Below the pieces are notes generated by a model. The model was not told the origin of the DNA. It ran no database searches and saw nothing but the letters and a program-made list of their open reading frames with translations. A program made the position numbers and the translations under genes. 64,000 nt of DNA from Callorhinchus milii (taxonomy: Eukaryota). Shown here in pieces: positions 39,623 through 51,527 of the stretch (its first letter is position 1; every line of letters starts with the position of its first letter). Location: the NCBI RefSeq assembly GCF_018977255.1, contig NW_024704742.1, forward strand, positions 2,296,001 through 2,360,000. The letters run 5' to 3'.

Positions 39623-40004
39623 TTAACATCCTTTGGTTATGGCAGGAATCCCTTTTGGAATGGCGAAGTTTCTTTCTCCACTAACCGTAACTGCTGTGAC
39701 AGCAGGTCTGGCGAACTGTAACAAACGATGCTTTACAGAGGAGCCTGAAACAATGTTCTTTTAAAGTTAATGGGGTAGCAAATAGTTTATTTTGCTGATG
39801 TAAGCATGGGCACAGAATTAGGGCTTCCCCAGTAATTAAATCTGTCTGCTTTATTATTGCCTAACTGCAGTCATCAGTTTTGAAAGGAAATATATAAAAC
39901 AGATATTCACTACAGTAATTAGTTTGGCCTCCAAGATAATCTTGGAGACCAGGGACAACCCCAGGCTCATCTTCTCCACTGCCAACTGGCTCCTCCATCC
40001 ACAC

Positions 40005-40618
40005 TTTTACGTCTCGCCCATCTTCTCCTCAAACCCTCGTGCATGTGTTTGTCACCTCCCGCCCGGATTACTCCAACCCACTCCTCGCTGATCTCGCCAA
40101 CTTCACTATTCAAAAGATTCAGCTCATTCAGAACTCTGCCGCCCGCATACTGACCCAAACCAAACTCCGTTCCCCACATCACACCAGTTCTGGCTCAGGC
40201 TCCACTGGCCTCCCATCACAGAACGGATCGACTTCAAGATCCTCACTCTCTTGTGCAAATCCCTTCACTCCCTGGCACCTCCTGACCTCTCCGACCTCCT
40301 CACCTCCCCACCCGGCGCCTCCGCTCGACTTGTCCCACTTGTCCCCCGCACCCTCCACCATCGGTGGTCGCATTTTCAGCCACTACACCCCGAAACTGTG
40401 GAACACTCTTCCTCAATCCTTCCGCCTTGCCCCCTCTCTCCCCTTTTTCAAGTCCCGCCTGAAAACCTTCCTCTTCGACCGTGCTTATGGTCACGTCCCT
40501 TCTCCCCCCAACCCCTGCCCCCCCACCCCGGCTCGGAGTCAGGCTCCGCCACTGTTAAGCACTCTGAGGTGATACCCTGTGTGGTGGGCGCTATTTAAGT
40601 GCAAGTTGATGTCGATGA
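40005..40618 (+). mobile_element. L2-clade LINE 3' fragment (subfamily B)
   Basis: HVFVTSRPDYSNPLLA...IQLIQNSAARILT...IGGRIFSHYTPKLWNTLPQSFRLAPSLPFFKSRLKTFLF; 3' UTR gctcggagtcaggctccgccactgttaagc; GTT-type tail. Confidence 0.9.
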
Positions 40619-40649
40619 TGTTTATGGGTTGTGGGTACTGATGATTGGT

Positions 40650-40705
40650 ATGTGATGTGTGTGTGACGTATGCGTGTGTGTGTGTGTGTGTGGCGTGTGC
40701 GTGTG
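40650..40705. repeat. Imperfect (TG)n microsatellite
   Basis: Direct read. Confidence 0.9.
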
Positions 40706-41732
40706 AGGCGGTGGGTTTTATTGTGGCTTAACATTCGGGGCATGATTAGAAGTGACATTTCTAACAGCTCAGAGTGACAGATTGCAAGCCCACGTGAAGG
40801 TGCGGAGCCGTGTTTATTTTCGAAGGTGACAAGCACATCATATTTCACGTTTCAAACCGAGCTGAACGGTTGTCAGTCCCAGCGAGGGATGTGCTGCGCG
40901 GCTCCCGGTGATGACACCGCTGCAGGTTTGAAGACCGTCGTTGGCCAATGCCTCGTCGTTGGATCCCCTCGGACGCTGCTGACCTGCGACAACTCAAAAC
41001 GGCTTCCCGCAGAACGCTGAGCTTCTCAAATCCAAACAATGGTGGCGCGCAGCAAGCGGGTTTTCGTAAAGGGAAACAACTCGAGGTTGAGCTGACGGCA
41101 GGAGAGAAGAATCAGGTTTTCTTGAGTCTTTTTTTTGAAAAAAAAATCATCGGACTTGCTTTGGATGGAAGCCCACTGGCCAATCGTACGGGTTCATGCC
41201 GCTTGCCAATGCTTTGGGGATTCAATGTAGGTGTTGCTTGAAGTTCCCAGAGGAGAAGGGGCTTCAATGTGTGAATATCAATGTGTGTACCAACACGCGA
41301 AAATCTTCTTTCAGCTACAAAAGTAACAGGATGTAGATGGTTCAGTCAAGACCGAGGGGCAGTACGGACATTGTTCACCTTTTTGTTTAATAGATCACAG
41401 GTACGGTGCACAGTTCACAATACGTCTGCTTGGTGTCCTGGAAATCAAATCTCTGGAACCTTCCAACATGAGACGAAGTACGCCAGGTTCTGGCGCACAT
41501 TATTCCCCCTGGGAAGGGAAGTGGAGAAGATGTGAAAGTCCGATTGTTATCACATATATAGAATCAGAGTGCTATCACTGCCGATTTATTTTGGATTTGG
41601 TTAAGGAGAAGTTGGAAGCTAAGTTCTGTCTTGTTAGAATTCTCGCCCACAAAATACACCGTCTGTTTTACAGTATATCCTGTGAAGCACTTTAAGATGT
41701 GGCCTTTAACATATTCTGGATCCATTCATTAT

Positions 41733-42051
41733 ATAATAATAATCCTTGCATTTGTTATAGCGCTTTTCACATCTTCGAGACGTCTCAAAGCGCTTCACAG
41801 AATATGCTGTAAAGTGAATTGACTGTCTATTTGTGGGCGAAACCCAGCAGCCAATTGTGCACAGCAACGTCCCCACAAACAGCCGTGGGTTGAAAATGAC
41901 CAATTTATTATTGTTTTGTTTTGGAGGGATTATTATTAGGCTCTGTGTGGAGTAAGGAAACTTGCCCAAGGTTTCGCCCTCCTCCTGGAACTGAACCCAG
42001 GTGTCTCGCTTGCAAGGCGAATGCTCTAACCACTGAGCTACAGTACTCCAC
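41733..42051 (-). mobile_element. Full-length short-linker tRNA-derived SINE
   Basis: Same structure as 13154-13484, somewhat more diverged. Confidence 0.95.
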
Positions 42052-42054
42052 TAT

Positions 42055-42221
42055 ATGGACTATATGCACAAGGCTGAGGAGGATATCTATTTGTTAGGTC
42101 AGGGTATTAAGGGATACAGAGAAGGACAGGTAATTGAACTTGAGGTACAGATCAGACAGATCTTATAGAATGGTGGAACAGGCTCGAGGGGCTTAATGGC
42201 CTACTCCTGTTTCTGTGTTTC
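42055..42221 (+). mobile_element. CR1/HER1-type 3' end
   Basis: ggtattaagggata...gaatggtggaacaggctcgaggggcttaatggcctactcctg. Confidence 0.85.
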
Positions 42222-42574
42222 TATATCAAATGCAAGGATCATTATTTTTGTTTTATTAAGTTGCAATCTCTGCCTACTTGGCTGTGACGTGACTTATTGG
42301 CGGGGAATTTGCTGAGCTGTGATCATTCTACCATCTAAAAGCTCAGTCACAATATTGATGCAGCCACTGGAGCAATTTACATTTCAAAGGCATATAAATG
42401 AATTGTTGATGCACAGTGAAAAAGAAAATGTTCCTGAGTTCCGTAATGGTTATAGTCCTGCAAACAAGGAATAGCATTGAAAATGGGAGGGCGGAATTGA
42501 GGTTAGAAAATTGGAGCAATTATACTATCAAGACCTCTAAGCATGAAGGCAATTCTAAAGAAACATTAGCAACG

Positions 42575-42778
42575 TTGAAAGGAATGGTTTGGGTTGTAAT
42601 TGACTGCTACCGGCTTTCAAGAGGGAACAGAGGGAACTCGATATCTAAAATAAGTAATTTGGAGGGCTGGAGAGAAACGACGGGTAGAAGGAAATGAATA
42701 GATTGCTCTTTCAAAGAGCCAGCACAGACGCAGTGGGCTAAAATAACCTTCTATTCTGTAAAGTTCTAAGATTCTATA
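42575..42778 (+). mobile_element. CR1 3' UTR remnant
   Basis: gctctttcaaagagccagcacagac...tgggctaaat...ttctaagattctata; same family as the 996-1745 copy. Confidence 0.75.
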
Positions 42779-44244
42779 GAAAGTACCACGTTTTGGAGTA
42801 ACTCATTGTGTAACAACATTTTGACATTAAGGGCGCGCAACACTTCTTTATTCATATCCACAAACAAATGAGGCATTAATTTGTTTATTCAGCTGCTCCT
42901 TACGAAATGACGCTGTACAGATTAGTCACACTGTTGGTGAGCAATGTATAAATCACACTTCAGAAGTGTGAAGTGCTTTGCCATTAAAAGAGGTATCGCA
43001 TCCAATGCTATTATTATTATTGTTGTTTCTTGGAATGGTACATTAGGTAAGAAGATGCCCACTCGTCTTGTCTAGCAGATCGGTTTGTGTGTAGACCGTG
43101 GCTTGCTGTGAAATGTTGTTAGCTATGAAAGAGTCGTCACGGTCGAAAGAACAGGAGAAATCCTAGGGAGAGTTGTCAGTAATGATATCAGAAGAATCAG
43201 AGCTTGATGTTTATGATCCTGAAAAGCCTTCAAGGTTCTGTGCAGATCCAGGAGCCAATGGCGTCAGAAACTCCAATTATCCCGAAAGTAATAGAGTACA
43301 TCTTGTTCCAGTGGTCGACACTGAGCTCAGATATATCCCAACGCGAGGAGGAAATGCAAGCAGTGACAGTCTCTACTCAATATTTTCAACAGCGTGCGCG
43401 TGCGCGTGCGTGCGTGTAGAGGTTCAGAGTGTGGAAGTCTCGGCCGATTCACAAGCCGTTTGTCCCCGTTTTTAAGCGATAATTATTTACCCAAATTACA
43501 AAGGTTACTGCTAAAGAAAGACGGCACGAATATGATTCTGCACTTGTGGAAAAATTAACGCGCGAATCTGGGATCTTGTACTGAGTGCTCAGTGGAGATT
43601 GTCAGAGTTACAACATGAAGTCGATGTACCAGGCTCGCTACTCATAGCTGAGCAGTGACTTGAACAGATCAGACAGGAGCCTGCTAACGATAGAGATGTG
43701 CAGCATTTCAAAGAATCTACGCACACTGACTGGAAGGGCAGGGCGGCGGAAAACCACTCATTGCTTCCCGATAGAGAATTAAAGCTCAGTGACCGAGGCC
43801 TTTGACTTCAAAGGTTAAAAAAAAAAGCGCTGTAATACATTACAGTTTGCTAGAAGGAACGCCACAAAAATGCAGGTAGCTTTGTGTGGCAAAAGCAGGC
43901 GATGAGCCACGAGCGAGGCTGTGCTACAGCTAAGACTTCAGCAGGATGTAAGCAATCTAGTAATAGACTGTGCGTCATGTGTCACTTATCAGAAGAGGCA
44001 GATCCACTCGGCTTGCATTCACTTACCATAAGATGATGGCATAAAGCTTATGTCCGCTCTGTTCGTAAGTTAAAATTAAAGCTACTCAATTGTTGAGGCC
44101 TATTATTCTAATTGCTTTTGACAAATTCTAGTGGGAAATTGGTTATTCGAGTAATGAAATCCATAGTTTCTAGAAATTGTGCATTAAAGGAGATCTTCAG
44201 TGGCCTGTCCCATTGTTGTGATAGCTCACAACTCATAGGCTTGA

Positions 44245-44482
44245 TAATAATAAGAGTAATAATAATCTTTGCACTTGATATAGCGCCTTGTCAAGTCTTC
44301 GAGACGTTTCAAAGTGCTTCACAGAATACACTGTGAAGTGATTTGACTGCATTTTGTGTACTACGATATGCAGTAGCCAATTGCGTCCCACAAACAGTCG
44401 TGGATTGAGCGACCAAATTATAATTATCATTTTTTTCAGGAATTATTACCCCCGGAAAAGAGATCCACCATCGACTAACAAA
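44245..44482 (-). mobile_element. SINE 3' two-thirds, long-linker subfamily
   Basis: (AAT) tail, gtgcttcacagaatacactg, tcccacaaacagtcgtggattgagcgacc, ccccggaaaagagatccaccatcgactaac. Confidence 0.85.
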
Positions 44483-44930
44483 CGCCTTGTGAAGGATTTA
44501 TACCTAGGTATGCTGGTGTACTGGAGCACTCACCTGGGGATAGGTTTTTCTCAGCACAGTTTCTGATGGGTTGTCAACATCTGCTCTAACTTGTACATTG
44601 AGCAGAGTATCTAATGTAATATAAATGATCAAAGCTGAAAGAATCCAGAAGAAGGGGTGGAAATGTTAGGGACTAAACCTCACGAACCTAGAAACTCCAT
44701 GTCTTCTGAGAATCATTGGTACCAGAACTGGAGAAGGGCATTCAGGTGTAAACGCGTTGTGAACTTCAGAGATAGTACAGTGGGAATACCTGAGTTATAT
44801 TGAACTAGTTCAGTATGCACACATTTTCTGATGAGGAGGTAGCGCCAACAATGCCATTAACAGCCCAATGCCCACCCCAACCCCCCCCCCTTGCGGTAAA
44901 CCTTTTATTATCATATATTATAATATTATC

Positions 44931-45332
44931 AATAATAATAATAATCCTTGCATCTTATCATCTGTTGAGACGTTTCAAAGTGCTTCACAGGATATATTAT
45001 TTTTGACTGTGCATTTTGTGGGCGAAACCTGGCAACGTCCCACAAACAGCCATGGAATGAGTAACCAATTTCATTTGGGGGGGTGGGGGTGGTGGTGGTT
45101 GTTGGCCAGGACACCAGGAGAAACTCCCTTCCCTTTTCAAATAGTGCCGTGGAATCTTTTACATCCACGTGAGGACCTTGGTTTATTGACTCACCTGTAG
45201 GATAGCGCTTCCGACAATGCAACAACACCCCCCCCCCCCCGCCCCGCCACTCTATTGGAGTATCAGCTTAGAACATGTGATTCCAAGTCCCAACTTGGGG
45301 CTTGAACTGATGACCTTCTGACTCAGAGATGT
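44931..45332 (-). mobile_element. Near full-length old Deu-domain SINE with (ATT)n tail
   Basis: Head ggggcttgaac...accttctgactcagag; body ggccaggacaccaggagaaactccc...aaatagtgcc; tail aataataatccttgcat. Confidence 0.85.
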
Positions 45333-45341
45333 GAATTCCAA

Positions 45342-45636
45342 GCTTTGCAAGTGAGAGACCTGAGTTCAATTCCAGGCAGAGGGCCAAACCTTGGGCAAGT
45401 TTCCTTACTCCACACAGAGCCTAATAATAATCCCTCCAAAACCAAACAATAATAAATTGGGTCATTTTCAACCCACGACTGTTTGTGGGACATTGCTGTG
45501 CGCAATTGGCTGTCGCGTTCGCCCACAAATATACAGTCAATTCACTTTACAGTGTGTTCTGTGAAGCGCTTTGGGACGTCCTCGGGACGTGAAAAGCGCT
45601 AAATCAAATGCAAGGATTATTATTATTATTATTATT
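45342..45636 (+). mobile_element. Young short-linker SINE, slightly 5'-truncated
   Basis: Close match to the reverse complement of the 13154 and 50698 copies. Confidence 0.95.
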
Positions 45637-45893
45637 TTATTTTTATTATTAACTATCAACTGAGCCAGGCTGACACTGTTGATTACACTATTATTTGAGA
45701 GCCAGGATAGCTTCATTAACAGATGCACAAAGTCTCAGTGACGGTCTTTCAACTTCAAAGAGAGGGGAAATCTAAGGACATTAATTGATTTTGGAGTTCA
45801 AAAGATCACAATATCAATTAAACACTGGAAGTGGCAATTGCTTACTTACTGGAAGCACAGCTTGATTTGTTCTGCAGTGGAAGAAGATATGTA

Positions 45894-46122
45894 CTGGGGT
45901 GTAATTTCACTTGGATCTAGATTTACTCTATTTATGTATCGTTTCGCAGCATCCAGGATTTGGCAAATTCTTAAATAAAAAGCCCAATTTTGAAGCCAGT
46001 TTTCTGTAACTACAGAAATCCAATTTCAAAGTTAAGGCGGAATTCAACATCGTCTAATTCTGTGTGCTCTATGCCTTAGCATAAATAGAATAAATCTAGA
46101 CTCAGGAGGAATTTCTCCCCTG
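45894..46122. mobile_element. MITE-like non-autonomous DNA transposon
   Basis: 41-bp imperfect terminal inverted repeats: ggggtgtaatttcacttggatctagatttactctatttatg (45896-45936) versus reverse complement of 46080-46120, ggggagaaattcctcctgagtctagatttattctatttatg. Confidence 0.75.
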
Positions 46123-48464
46123 TCTTGTACCATAATAATAATAATAATAATCCTTGCATTTGATATAGCACCTTATCAAAGTGCTTCACAGGATAGGCAC
46201 AGAATTAAGTGGATTGACTGGGTATTTTTAATGCAACATTAAATCTGGCTGTGTGGGGCGGAGAGGGTATCTGACCGTCTTCCTGCATTCTGCGATGGTC
46301 ATTCTGTAAGCGCTCTGAGACTCCGTCTGGCGTGGAGGGCACTATTATATAAATCCAAGTCGTTGTTGTTGTTGGTCTTAATCCTCGAATACATGCCAAT
46401 TCTAAAAGGTCCACTGACAACACAAGCCAGACAGTTGCAGTTGAAGCCAGCTTTAATTAGATGAACCTTTGTGTCGTGAACTTCTTCAGAGGTCCCAAGG
46501 GAGGTCTTGTAGGATTTTTGTACCAAGACAAGCTATAGAACTATAGTTACAGTTGACCCTGTCCTATTTTTTTCAAGTTCACAACATCCATATATGTTCA
46601 CCAAAATATGACCCGGCTTAACACATCCTCATCTTATTTCGGACTGTGTTCCAGCTTCCCCTGTTTCAGACAGGTCAGCTTACTTTCTTAGGCATTAGAG
46701 AGTTAATACCTGTCTGACGTTCAGAATTAGAATGGTTCTGGAGTTTAACGGAACATGAAGCCCATTTAATAAGTCGTGGTTCTTTGCAGTTAAGCTTCTT
46801 TTAGCTCAGGGTGATTATGTGGGTTATTCCCTTGGAGGAACAATCAGAGTCAGCTATTTGCATTGCACTGCTGATGTCCTGTCACAACCATCTGGATCAC
46901 CTTGGGTAGTTTGGATACTAAGCAATGGGCTATTCAGTTTGCCACGACTTGTACTTATTTTGAAATAAGTGCTTGAAATGAAAGAAGTCCTATCGTCAAC
47001 GGAAATCACCAAAGTCCTGAAAGGATGTGCATTTTGTGACAAGTGGAATATCACCTATGCTAATAATCCCTGTGTCTGATATAGCGCCTTATCACGTCTT
47101 CGAAACGTCTCAAAAGGAATTGGTTAAAGAGTGCTAGTGCAGAATATTTGAGAATTTGGTTTGAGATCTGGTGTTGGACTGGCAATCTCTCTAGAGGATC
47201 GCATTGGAGGCATGGAACGATATTGTAGGCACTAAAGTACTGACTTTCTAGTTTGAATAGAGTCCTAATGCTCAAATTATTGTGTTGTCAGTGGGCAGTT
47301 AAGGTATCAAGACTAGGAAGGTCCCGGAGTTGAATTAATTAATCTCAGCCAAGCCATATGTAGCACACAAGGCACACACTGGAGAAATTTACTGTACTTT
47401 CATAGAAATGATTCTGAAATCAGGTTAGTTATGTCTCACAATCACTATGAAGCTCAGTGTACGAATGTGCTTAACACATAACATAAGCATAAATGAACAT
47501 CCAGCCAAAAACCATCAGGCGACCGCCGTACAGCTTTTTGACGGATAACTGATCCGTCGCTAACTAATGAGCTTTCCTTCGTCTTTACTTCAAGCATGCT
47601 CATAAAATACCAGCCTCGCCTCACGATGAGCTGGCTCACACAGATGAGCAGGCGGGCGATGAAGATCTGTGGACATTTGATGTTGCGGACATCGCTTCGC
47701 GGCGGATGGGGTGGAAATTTAGCAAAATGACAAATCGCACTCTGAAGCCGGAGTGTGCAAGTTGCAAGGTTGTATCTCCAGCTAATGCAAGGCAATTGCA
47801 TCTCTGGCGCGTGTTGCGGAGAGAACAGTAAATGCTTTTGTCACGTGTCACAGGAGCGTAACCTGTTCAGCACTCGAATAACGTGAAACTCGTTTACAGA
47901 AGCCAGCGGCAAAAGTTGCCTCAAACGTGCAGACGGATACGTCCTCAAAACCCCCGCAATGTTTCAATAAGCCTCATAACCCTTAGTCTTTTTGTAATCC
48001 AAGTACTGACAGCCGTGCTTCGACACTCTCATGAGTATGACGGTCAATTTGTGGGCAGCCCTGTGTGTGCAAAAGCTACAAAATTGTATTTATCGGGCGA
48101 ACACCTGAAGAGGGGGAACATAAAGAGCCTTTTTTTTCAGGCATTGTTTGAAGGGAGGCTGTGACGTGGCCGGATGTGACAAGCACTCCAACGTGTTGAG
48201 GAGGGGATTTGTGTCGGGTACCGTTCCCTTGTCCTAGTCTGCGGCTTTGGCTCACGGAACGTTTAATTGACATTTAAAAAAGAAAAGACCGAAACGTGAC
48301 CCANTTTTTTTTGGGTAGCGGTTGGTTTAAAGGTTTGCAGAAAATGTCTCCAGTAGGGGAACCAGCACAGCACACGCAAACTGCGGAGGAGGATGTGTTT
48401 CGATCATGTTGGTGTTTGCTATTACAGAATGGAATACAAAATTATTTTTATTATTACGTGTTTT

Positions 48465-48762
48465 GGGTAAGGTAACTGGGAGAAGTTATTTCCACTGATC
48501 AGTGAGTTGGTAACTAGAGGGCCTGACTTGAAGATCATTTCCCCAAAGGAGAATTTAAGATTCTTTTTACGCAGATTATTGCGACATGGGTACCTCATCT
48601 GTAAGAGTGATTGAAGATGTGCACGTAACAGCTTTTAAAAAGGGAATTGGGTAAATATCTGAAAATATCAATGTGTCCGGGCAAAAGGCAGGGAAAGTGG
48701 GACTGATCAGACAGAGAGACAGCACAGACCTGATGGGCTAAATGGCTCCTTTCTGTGCTGAA
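48465..48762 (+). mobile_element. CR1 3' end, old
   Basis: gagaagttatttccactg (EKLFPL)...gtaactagagggc...tttaaaagggaattgg...agcacagacctgatgggctaaatggctccttt. Confidence 0.8.
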
Positions 48763-50697
48763 CAAGTCAACGGCGGTGTATTGTTAAAGAGCTTTTCAAT
48801 GTGATTTTGAACATGAAGTCAACTACCGAGTGGTTTCTGCTGAAAATTGTCAGGCTTTGTTTTGCAAAGGCGCAGCACGCTTGTACGTAGTACAACACAT
48901 CAAGTGTTTAAACGCCGACAGGTCCTAGTTACAAAGTTATTGCTGTTCAAATAGTTTTCTCCGCTCGGTAGTTTGTTTTCCAGATCAAGTCCCGAAAGCT
49001 TTTAAAATTCTCTTTTTACCTTCATTGCTTCTTCCGTATGCCGGGAGAGCTGTGGATTTAATTCAATTGCACTGTGTTCAAAATGGAACGAAGCATCTTA
49101 AAGGGGTTTTATGTAACTGCCTATCTTTGAAATATAATACAATGCGCTTTTTACGAGGTGCTTCATATTCTGAGAAAATGACCACGATGGCTTTGGACGG
49201 GCCTGAAACTCATAGAAACTCAGGTTTCTGGTTACACACGGATTATCACACCGGAGATTGTCGGGCCCAAAAGGCCAACAAAAAAATGTAATAAAAATTC
49301 CAGTCGGAAATTCAATTCAGCTGAGAAATAATTTGCTGCCGTCGGGCGCCGGGCTTGACCAGAGGATCCTGCTGTTTCCAGGTGCCCTTAAAATTCCTAT
49401 TTCAGGTTTCATGCCATAATCCGGCAACAAGATCGCTTCATTTATTTTCTTGACAATCAATAGTCACGGTGACTGGCAGTGCCCTTTATCTGCCGTGCCT
49501 CTATTCTTGCCCGATGTGCGTCCTGCACCACCGTGGCAGCGCGCTTCTGTTAATTAACGGAGTCGAGTGCCAGCTCTGACATGTTCCGAGCTTATATTTT
49601 GCGACTGATATAAATATTTCATAGAGGACAACATAAAAGCACAGCCCCTGCAGAGAAAGTAATAAAACTGAAATCGAATGACGACGTTCGACGAAGGGCA
49701 AGCCAGGCGTAGTGTTTTTATTTTATTTTAAGGGCTTGAGTGAAATCGCCTTGAAATTCCAAAGAGGAGCAGGGAGAGGGAGGGAAACGAATTGCAAAAC
49801 TCTGGTGTATAAAACACAGGTTTGAAGAAGGATAATAGCGCATGCCGTTCCATGTAAAATGACATTGATTATTTCACATTTTCCCTCGATTGTGTGCTCG
49901 GTGTAATCCAAATGTTTACGCTAAAAAGCAATTTAATGGGTGAGTGAAAGGCACGAGAATCGGCAACAATATTTCTGCATATTTTCAAATCGCAGAATTT
50001 GGGTAATTTCCAATTACCCTGAATTATTATTCTCGCGAGCAAGGACTGAGGCAAGATCCTGTTAATAATTTCTGAGCTTCCAAGTCTATTTGTGAGCTAC
50101 TTTCCCCCCCCCCCCACGAATAAACCTTGCAGATTTTGTGAGCTTGCCGATAAATTTTTCTGCTAAGAGCGTAGGTACCCACAAGGGAAGATTGTAGATG
50201 GGGCTGAAAAAAATAATTTGCATGTTTCATAACACCTGATCGATGTGTGACTATCTCAACGCGCTTCACTGAACTAAGGGATGAGTTCACGTTGCGTTTT
50301 CTTCAAAAAGAAAAAAAAAACTTTTTTCTTAGGGTCATTTTTTTTCTGTGGGAAAAGCAGGAGAAAATCGGGAGGAAAAAAATTAACACTGGGGGGGGGG
50401 GGGGGAGGGAAGCCTCGAGTGAATACGATCCGAAGTTAGAAAGTCTGAACTTAGTTTGCAACATCAACTTCACGCTTACTTCTTCCTGCAACTAGATTAG
50501 ATTGGATTAGATTAGTTTCAAGGCAGGTTCCAGCAATAAACACATGCGGGGGGTGGGGGGGGGAATAAAAATGGTGAATTTGGGTTTTCTAGCTGTCACC
50601 TTAGCTCTTGTGCTTTCAAGACTCACATTGGTACTTTCAACGCAAATGCAGTGCTATCAGGAGACTGGGGATAAGGGAATGGAATTAACACACAATT

Positions 50698-51019
50698 AAT
50701 AATAATAATAATAATCCTTGCATTTGATATAGCGCTTTTCATGTCTGGAGGACGTCCCAAAGCGCTTCACAGAACACACTGTAAAGTGAATTTACTGTAT
50801 ATTTGTGGGCAAACGCGGCAGCCAATTGCGCACAGCAATGTCCCACAAACAGTCGTAGATTGAAAATGACCAATTTATTATTGTTTTTGGTTTTGGAGGG
50901 ATTATTATTAGGCTCTGTGTGGAGTAAGGAAACTTGCCCAAGGTTTCGCCCTCTGCCTGGAATTGAACTCAGGTCTCTCGCTTGCAAAGCGAGTGCTCAA
51001 ACCACTGAGCTACAGGACT
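50698..51019 (-). mobile_element. Young full-length short-linker SINE
   Basis: Nearly identical to 13154-13484. Confidence 0.95.
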
Positions 51020-51042
51020 TGACAGGATATCTTGGGAGCAGG

Positions 51043-51081
51043 TTATTATTATTATTATTATTTATTATTATTATTATTATT
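51043..51081. repeat. (ATT)n microsatellite
   Basis: Direct read. Confidence 0.9.
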
Positions 51082-51480
51082 TTAGCCTTTATTTAACCCG
51101 GAAGGAGTTTATTTTTCAGTATAATCTCCTTCCCGCCTACTTTTTCCTCTGCTTGACTTCAGTTTGACACTGTCTTCTGCTCTGTTTACGCTGCAAGTAC
51201 ACACAGACACACACAGTTGCGTACTAAGGCTGATTAGTATGAGCGCACAGCAAGCTTGGATTGTGCCAGCCAGTTCCTCTCCCCCCTACCTTACGTGGCG
51301 AAATATCCACAAGATACACAGTCAATCTACTTTACACTGTATTCTGTGAGGCGCTTTGAAATGTCTCAATGACGTGATAAGGCGTTGTAGTAATTGCAAG
51401 GCTTATTACTGTTTATATACGATTTCAAATCTTGCTGATGCATTTCTTGCTTGGCTTGTTTTAAGACAACATTTGGGAGT

Positions 51481-51484
<4 letters not shown>

Positions 51485-51520
<36 letters not shown>
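51485..51520. repeat. (GA)n microsatellite
   Basis: Direct read. Confidence 0.95.

Positions 51521-51527
<7 letters not shown>

Noticed and set aside
43173..43475. 100-aa ORF as a nested exon
   Set aside because: No recognisable homology or clear splice sites; runs into a simple repeat.
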